64,000 bases of DNA from a virus: the IMG/VR virus record IMGVR_UViG_3300050821_001343, positions 35,182 through 99,181 of that record. One strand, given 5' to 3'. The notes under the pieces were generated by a model that made no database searches, was not told the DNA's origin, and was given only the letters and a program-made list of their open reading frames with translations. Both the position numbers and the translations under genes were made by a program. Positions 57,859 through 64,000 of the stretch are shown piece by piece. The stretch's first letter is position 1, and each line of letters starts with the position of its first letter.

Positions 57859-59373
57859 CTAACGCATCATACGGCCTGTGCTTTCCTCTTCCACGTTCGA
57901 AGCTTGTGACACTCCGCCTGCGAACTGGTAGGCCCCCGGATAGGACGCTGATAGATACTTGCCGGAACTGCTACGCCGTAGGTTATCAATCCGCTCTGAT
58001 GCCGATACAGTCACAGGAATGATGTACTGTGCGGCCTGTGCCAGAGTCAAACCCAAACGATAGGCAGTGACGGCACAAGTCTTAATTTCGGCACCAGTCC
58101 ATCCCGTGTCATTCGGGGTAGACTCAATATCGGGAATCTGGTATTTCTCCCGGTAGATTTTCCAGATTGAGGCACGTTCGATTTGATCCGGTGCATCGAA
58201 AAAGAATATTGCATCCGCGAACCTACGCCGTAATTCCGGTGAAAGAGAATCGATGCTATTGCACGTTGCCAATGCAAAGATTTTACGATCTGAGATGGCA
58301 TCTAGCACGGCCTGTGCTTTACGCCAGTTTTCGTTCGAACTGCCGACAATCCCGGATTCCAGATCGGGGATTGAAAGAGAGATTACGGGCTTTTTATACT
58401 TGTTGCCAATGCCCTTGATAATCTCCGACTTACCTACTCCCGGCAAGCCTACCCCGATAGTTCCCCGCATCCCAATGTCTTGTGACCATGTGAGGAATCC
58501 ACCTATCAAGCCCGTTTTTACCCCGGACAATTCTGTGCCTGCCCCCGCCGCACCCTTTTCGATTTCATCCAAGAATAAAAGCACGTTTGGCGAGTCCTTG
58601 CCATTCATGACTCTATCAAGAAAAAGCTTGATTTCGCCAAGCCCCCCGATAGCGTCAAGGCTTGCCGTCGTCTTCAAAACCGATAGGCCGCGAGTCTGAT
58701 TGATAGCTTGCTCTTTCCGTTCCCAAAGTCCTTGAATGTCCATCTTCCCATTGGGAATGTCTAAGCACATAGCCGCACTTTGATCGGCGGGAAAGGCAGG
58801 CAGGCCGATTAGTGCGCGTGTGGCGTCTGCTAGCACTTCGCTTGATGGTTCGGGGAGTTTAGCGTCTTTAAAAGACGTTTTCACAATGGCCGTAATTTCC
58901 TCACTTGTGGGCAGGGGTTCGTCCAACACAAGGAAATCGTTAGCTAGTTCGTTCGGCAGGATGGCCCCGGAACTAGTCAAAAGGACTAGCATATTCCCCT
59001 TTGCCTTGTAGGGTTCGCGCAAGTTCCAAATCCCTTGGATAATAGGCGCATCAGTCCAAAACATGTGGGCATTGGCAAGAAACGTAATGCAATCGCCTTT
59101 GAGGAATGAGGCAACGCGCAAAGCTTCGCCAAGGTTCATTGTAGCCTCAATTGCCGTACCTGCCTTGCCCACTGCCGCGTTTAGCTCTGCTAGTGTGGGC
59201 TCGTGATACGTGTGCAAGCCTTTGACACAATCCCAGATAATGAAATGGGGCATTTTATCCTTTGCCCAAAGGGTTTTTACACGTTTGATTGTCGAATTGT
59301 TATCGAACGTGCGAACGGCTACCAGTGGAGTAGATACAGCGTGTGCAGCCTTAAAACTGTCCAAGAATTTCAT
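57859..59373 (-). CDS. Ycf46-like AAA+ ATPase with permuted motif order
   Basis: N-terminal degenerate AAA domain (WDC..GL, LP.EL, PLP...EI), IGGL..IK, LDEIEK, FLTW.Q, GLPGVGKS, ATCN, PEL..RF..IFFFD.P, GWTGAEI. Confidence 0.85.
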   Translation of the reverse strand: MKFLDSFKAAHAVSTPLVAVRTFDNNSTIKRVKTLWAKDKMPHFIIWDCVKGLHTYHEPTLAELNAAVGKAGTAIEATMNLGEALRVASFLKGDCITFLANAHMFWTDAPIIQGIWNLREPYKAKGNMLVLLTSSGAILPNELANDFLVLDEPLPTSEEITAIVKTSFKDAKLPEPSSEVLADATRALIGLPAFPADQSAAMCLDIPNGKMDIQGLWERKEQAINQTRGLSVLKTTASLDAIGGLGEIKLFLDRVMNGKDSPNVLLFLDEIEKGAAGAGTELSGVKTGLIGGFLTWSQDIGMRGTIGVGLPGVGKSEIIKGIGNKYKKPVISLSIPDLESGIVGSSNENWRKAQAVLDAISDRKIFALATCNSIDSLSPELRRRFADAIFFFDAPDQIERASIWKIYREKYQIPDIESTPNDTGWTGAEIKTCAVTAYRLGLTLAQAAQYIIPVTVSASERIDNLRRSSSGKYLSASYPGAYQFAGGVSQASNVEEESTGRMMR

Positions 59374-59410
59374 TGTCAAATTGTCCTTTTCTGCGTATCA
59401 GATACGCGGG

Positions 59411-60040
59411 TTATGGCTTGTGAAAGATTAATGATAACATGGGGGTGCGCACTCTTGAATCACTGTTATAGTAATCATCCTTAACATACTGCCAACCCCG
59501 TGATGTGAGTGCATACCGGAATGTCTTCTTAAACATTCTAGCTAAACTTTTACGGTAACGCAAAGGTACATCGGACGTTTCGCCCTTTTGCCGTATGCCA
59601 GCATATACCATGCAGTTGATGATGATTACAGTGTCAGACGGTGCGGCTTTGAAAAAACGATCTAGCCTTTGCTGATTGCAACCTTTTGATATTGTTTGAA
59701 ATTGGCACATCAGATCAAGATAGTACAAGCCCGAGATGCCGTCCTCAGCACATTCGGCTATATGTTTGATGGCATCTCCGCGTCTAAACTCCGCGTTAGG
59801 ATGATACCGTTTTAATCCCCGTTCGTGCCTTGGGTCCTTGTTGATGCCGATTACTCGATTGAAGCGATAGCTCCAACTTTCCAAGTCTTGACTCGGATGC
59901 AGACGGCGATATGCTTTAGGATCATACGTGTCAATGAGAGAAACAAGGGTTTCCCTGTGTGTATGGAGTCGTTGACATACAGGGATAAAAACCCTATTCA
60001 AGTGGGCTTGTTTCGTGCCGTGATGCGTCTGGTATGCCAT
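59411..60040 (-). CDS. Hypothetical protein
   Basis: 209 aa ORF in the early operon; weak Rossmann/methyltransferase-like pattern only. Confidence 0.45.
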   Translation of the reverse strand: MAYQTHHGTKQAHLNRVFIPVCQRLHTHRETLVSLIDTYDPKAYRRLHPSQDLESWSYRFNRVIGINKDPRHERGLKRYHPNAEFRRGDAIKHIAECAEDGISGLYYLDLMCQFQTISKGCNQQRLDRFFKAAPSDTVIIINCMVYAGIRQKGETSDVPLRYRKSLARMFKKTFRYALTSRGWQYVKDDYYNSDSRVRTPMLSLIFHKP

Positions 60041-60750
60041 TGTTAGTCATCCCACCTAACACGGTTATAGTGCTCAATTTCCTCTTGAGTCATCGCCTGT
60101 GCGTGATACTTGGCAGCATATGATTCGAGAGTGTGATGATTCGTTACAGGCACGGGCTTTGCACTAACGATCAAATACAGACCATATGTGAGCAAAGCCC
60201 CTGAAGTGAGTAAACCGCATATTACGAGAATGGTCATTTCAATAATTCTCCCGATAGGACAATTTTACCTGTAGTCGTATCAACGACTTGATGCAAGTCT
60301 GAATTGTACAGTGCGGGATGGTTTATCAAATCAGTAAGATAATCACTTTGCGCTGTAAGATCATCCCATCCCCCGAGTGGATAGTGCTTGTCAAAGCAGA
60401 ATAGTAAAAATCGTTTCATGTCATGCCCCTATTGTGAGGATTTCGCCAAGAATGTAGAGAGATGCGTAAACGATACGCATATAGAACTTTTCTCCCCCGT
60501 CTAAACGCTTGGCGATGTGAACGGCATAGAAAAAACTAATCATGGTGTGACCCTTCCCAGTGCTTTGTCCATGCGATCTTTGAGCATATCGGCTAGTTGT
60601 TTCGCGTCGTAGTACGCATCAACGCAGTCACGGTTTAAGGCTTGGCGCAGTGCATCTTTCAACCAATATGATGCGGATGCGCTGTTATAGACTTGCTCGG
60701 GAGTCGGTAAGTAAAGAGTCGCCATAGTTCCCTTTCCTGACTACTTAACT

Positions 60751-60779
60751 ACTATAGGAAAAATGTTTACCAGAGTCAA
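60751..60779 (-). promoter_or_regulatory. Sigma70-type promoter heading the early arm
   Basis: TTGACT-17bp-TATAGT upstream of ORF 60540..60725. Confidence 0.65.
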
Positions 60780-60861
60780 GCCTGTACAATATAAATACGC
60801 GAGACATTCAAACTATAGTAATACCTGATAGTAATATGGTGAATAAAATGAATCTTTCAGG

Positions 60862-61317
60862 GTGCCAGCACATCTAATAGACATGGGAGAATCACGAAAA
60901 TTATGTGCGGTATGTAATCGTCCGGTGTCCCGGATTCTAAAGAAACAAAGCAAGCTTTGCAAGTCATGTACCGATTATGTTCGCACCATCGGTATTAAAT
61001 ACGGTGTCACTCTTGATCGTTATTTATGGTTCTTAGAAAAACAAAAACGGCGATGCGCCATATGCGGGCTGTTAGATCATGAATGCGGCTCAAGGAATCG
61101 CCGTGGGTTAGTTGTAGATCACTGCCACGTGACAAATATAGTACGCGGTTTAATCTGTCAGCCCTGTAATACATTACTCGGGGGCGCTAAAGACAATGTG
61201 ATTGTTTTACAGAGTGCAATTGATTACCTAAATGCTCCAACTAATCAATTAGTTTCGGGTCAAATTTTACTCGAATTTGATGAAAATGAATATAAGTTGT
61301 TTATAATCAATAGCTAA
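60862..61317 (+). CDS. Endonuclease VII-like (His-Me) nuclease
   Basis: KYG.T......Q...CAIC...LVVDHCH....VRGLIC..CN..LG..KDN. Confidence 0.88.
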   Translation: MPAHLIDMGESRKLCAVCNRPVSRILKKQSKLCKSCTDYVRTIGIKYGVTLDRYLWFLEKQKRRCAICGLLDHECGSRNRRGLVVDHCHVTNIVRGLICQPCNTLLGGAKDNVIVLQSAIDYLNAPTNQLVSGQILLEFDENEYKLFIINS

Positions 61318-62327
61318 ATCGCTTTACTAAATTTTTGAATTTCATCTAGGACGCGCTGCAAGCCCCATGTACAGGTCATTACACGGCTAAATTCACTACG
61401 GACAAGGTAAAGCGATTTACCGACCAAATCCGTTTTTAGTAATCAATTAGTAAACTTTTCCTGTAATCTATTGATATTAAACGAGTTAACAGGTGATACA
61501 AAACCCCGCTAGTAAATCGCTTTACTAAATCACTCACTTATGAACACGTGTGCAACCCAATAGGCATAGTGGTCTGAGCGATTCGAGGCTTTTTATCCGT
61601 ATACATGTTACAGTCGGTCACAGATCAGGCATACAATCAGCCTATTACCTTAGTGCGTATTGTTTACTCGTTTACGTGAGTTTGGCACGTTACATGCTAG
61701 TCTGTTACCATGTGTAGCAGTTGATTACTAAAGTATCCTTGCATACTGTAAAAATCTCTGATGTAATGTAGTCATGAGTGGGTACGCGATTATCTGGTAC
61801 GGTACACACGGCCTGTTGATGGCTTGGCAATTATCGGGCTTGCTTGTCTTGGGACTTGCCCGGTATCGTTTCGCGCATCCGTTCAAATTCAATAGGGGAA
61901 TTGTCAAATGGACTCACACGCACAAGTCGTGGAATTGGTCGAGATAGTTCTACTCATGATGCGTATCACATCAGTAAGGTCACTCCGGGGTTACAGCGTT
62001 CAGCGGCTCAATTCTGATACGTGGAACGTTGACGGGGAGTATATGACTTTGACTGAGGCATCATGGAAGATTGCAAGTTATAACACTGTGGAACGCTAGT
62101 CTGTTACTTTAGTGCTCTTGCAACTGTAAAAACTTTTCTGGTAGTCTTTGGATGCATCATTGGAGGGTGCAAATATGAATATGCAAGCTTTTGTAAAACA
62201 AATCGCAGAGGTCGCAACGTGGCCGAACTCAAATGTGCAGTTAATCCCGATGCGCCAGTCTGATATGGTGCGCGGTTGCTTGATTCGGTTTCGACTTGGC
62301 ACACGGTAACGCATCTCTAACCTAAAC

Positions 62328-62353
62328 GGCCTGCCTTACGGGGCAGGCTTTTT
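62328..62353 (+). terminator. Intrinsic terminator
   Basis: GGCCTGCCT-TACG-GGGCAGGCT-TTTT after small ORF 62175..62309. Confidence 0.7.
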
Positions 62354-63193
62354 AGTGCCTGCGAGTTATCCGCCTGCGTATTGTTTACGTGTCCCCAGTG
62401 GCCCGGTATCGCGTCCAAGGTCATCCAAGCATATAGGAGAGCTAGAACGGCCTGCCAAGCCTTACACAAGCCTTATAAACGTATTGTTTACGCGGCCTCA
62501 CTAGTCGAGCATAGCGCCCCACAGCATAGCATATATAAGAGAGAATGCATAAAGGTCGTAACAGGCTTGTAACAGGCTTGTAACGTATACAATACACTTA
62601 TGTACTAACTACGCTCGGGTGATGGTCAGGCAATTAAAAATTATCAACTAATTTATTAGTTTGACGCTGCTATCCATTTCGTATTCATTACATGATAATG
62701 GATACTCGGAGGGTAACCCTCCATTTAATCAATAACTTACGGCCAGATCGAATTACAGCACACGTGTGCATACTGCATGAACAAAGGCGATAGGCCCTAA
62801 ACAGGTCACGCACGCGGATGCAACCCGTTTAGAATCAAAAGGATGCAAACCAACCCTGCCTTTGCCACGACGCGGCAGAGTCCGCCCACCCTTCCCTGCA
62901 AAGGCAGCGCAGGACCCGGCCAGCAAACGGACAGCTAGTTAACAGATATGGGACCCATCTACTAATAGATTAGTTGATACGTGGGACCCCTATTCTAATA
63001 GGTTTAAGTCCTATATAGGGTCCCATTTTTGTCCGGGAAAGGTCCGGGAAAGGTGGTATGTTAGTTTTATGCTAGATTTGGGAGGGTATTTAGACCTTTG
63101 TGGCAGGTTTTATATAGGACATTACAATAAAAACCAATAAAAAGGCCCCTTTGGAGGGCCTTGTGGGGTTACTCGACTTGTTTGCCCTTGAAT

Positions 63194-63209
63194 TGTTCCA
63201 CGTGGAACT
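63194..63209. promoter_or_regulatory. parS-like site
   Basis: TGTTCCACGTGGAACT, 15/16 match to palindromic TGTTCCACGTGGAACA. Confidence 0.6.
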
Positions 63210-63350
63210 TCTGGGAGGCTTTGATCTGCTGTGGAAGAGTTATTCCCTGTATGCCTTCTCGTAGGATAGCAAGAGTGCTGGCTTCGTATCCCTTCCTGCT
63301 GGCTAGAACGTAATAATACGCATCCCACAAGGTCTGTATGGTTTCAGAGG

Positions 63351-63998
63351 TCATAGAACCTTTATCGGGATACCGACAATGACTCGGCATTTGCTACATA
63401 TGGTCCCACCCATCTTTTTCTCCTTCAGTGCTTGGCAGCAAGTGGACAGGCTGTTGTACTTGGCACGGATCGCCGGACCGTCAACTTGTTCTTCATCTAA
63501 TTTCTGTAACGCATAAGTGAGTATAAAGAACCATCCATCATTGTCACTTAATCCATTATTACGTTGATCCTTATACTGCTTTTCTAAATATGCTCTGGCC
63601 GACCAAACCTTCCGATAAGCGTCTACTTTCATCTCCGCGTATTCTATACGCTCCTGTTGGTTCTTAATCGTCTCGTTGGCCTGCTGGAGACGCTCCTCAA
63701 GGGCTATCTCACGGGCGCTAACTGTCTCCGGGACTAGTTCAAGACTTGGCCCATTCGGTCCCATAACGGCCCGGTAAAGGGGAGTCGGTGTCCAGTTTCT
63801 TGGCACATTGGCATCCGGGATGACAGGAACACGATCATAGCTGCCGTCTTCCTTTCGGACAAGGGTACGTCCGCTTCCTTTTATACCATTACCGTTCCGA
63901 TACAATTCTGGTAAGCAACATGGGTCGGAACAGCCTTGATGTGCAGCCGTCCTACTGGCATTCGATCCTCCAGAAGCATTCTTCTCTGGCTCTGGGGT
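63351..63998 (-). CDS. Hypothetical coiled-coil/Zn-finger protein (5' end beyond window)
   Basis: Frame is open to the window edge; C-terminal CC...CSKC. Confidence 0.5.
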   Translation of the reverse strand, partial: TPEPEKNASGGSNASRTAAHQGCSDPCCLPELYRNGNGIKGSGRTLVRKEDGSYDRVPVIPDANVPRNWTPTPLYRAVMGPNGPSLELVPETVSAREIALEERLQQANETIKNQQERIEYAEMKVDAYRKVWSARAYLEKQYKDQRNNGLSDNDGWFFILTYALQKLDEEQVDGPAIRAKYNSLSTCCQALKEKKMGGTICSKCRVIVGIPIKVL

Positions 63999-64000
63999 TC

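Noticed and set aside
52700-63000. Apparent excess of GCCTG/CAGGC words in the early region
   Set aside because: It occurs on both strands and I cannot establish significance by eye; a k-mer enrichment test is needed.

Overview
The window is a ~64 kb stretch of a tailed dsDNA phage genome, probably podovirus-like, with an unknown host. A + strand late arm (1-20134) carries tail/nozzle and ejection proteins (one with an SLT domain), lysis genes, a 7-tRNA cluster containing a release-factor-like gene, a lysozyme and a class II RNR. It converges at a bidirectional terminator with a long - strand early/middle arm (20151-60725). That arm carries a NARP1-type NAD+ reconstitution pair, MazG, a DHH phosphoesterase, RecA, a mini-kinase, a primase-helicase, two RNA ligases, an SF2 helicase, an exonuclease, a small tyrosine recombinase, tRNA-Ile and many small ORFs, all driven by sigma70-type promoters, and ends in a Ycf46-AAA/DUF1257/DUF2997/DUF3150 module. 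A mostly non-coding 60.7-63.2 kb region contains operator-like palindromes, IHF-like boxes and a parS-like site. No capsid, portal, terminase or DNA polymerase was recognised in the window. Three observations stand out: (i) a C-terminal peptide motif E-x(2-3)-[GS]R[KR]FR shared by six unrelated early proteins; (ii) a GGS-variant release factor whose stop codon lies inside tRNA-Trp, so tRNA processing would create a non-stop mRNA; (iii) an AAA+ ATPase with Walker B placed before Walker A. All family assignments are from motif recognition by eye, not database searches.
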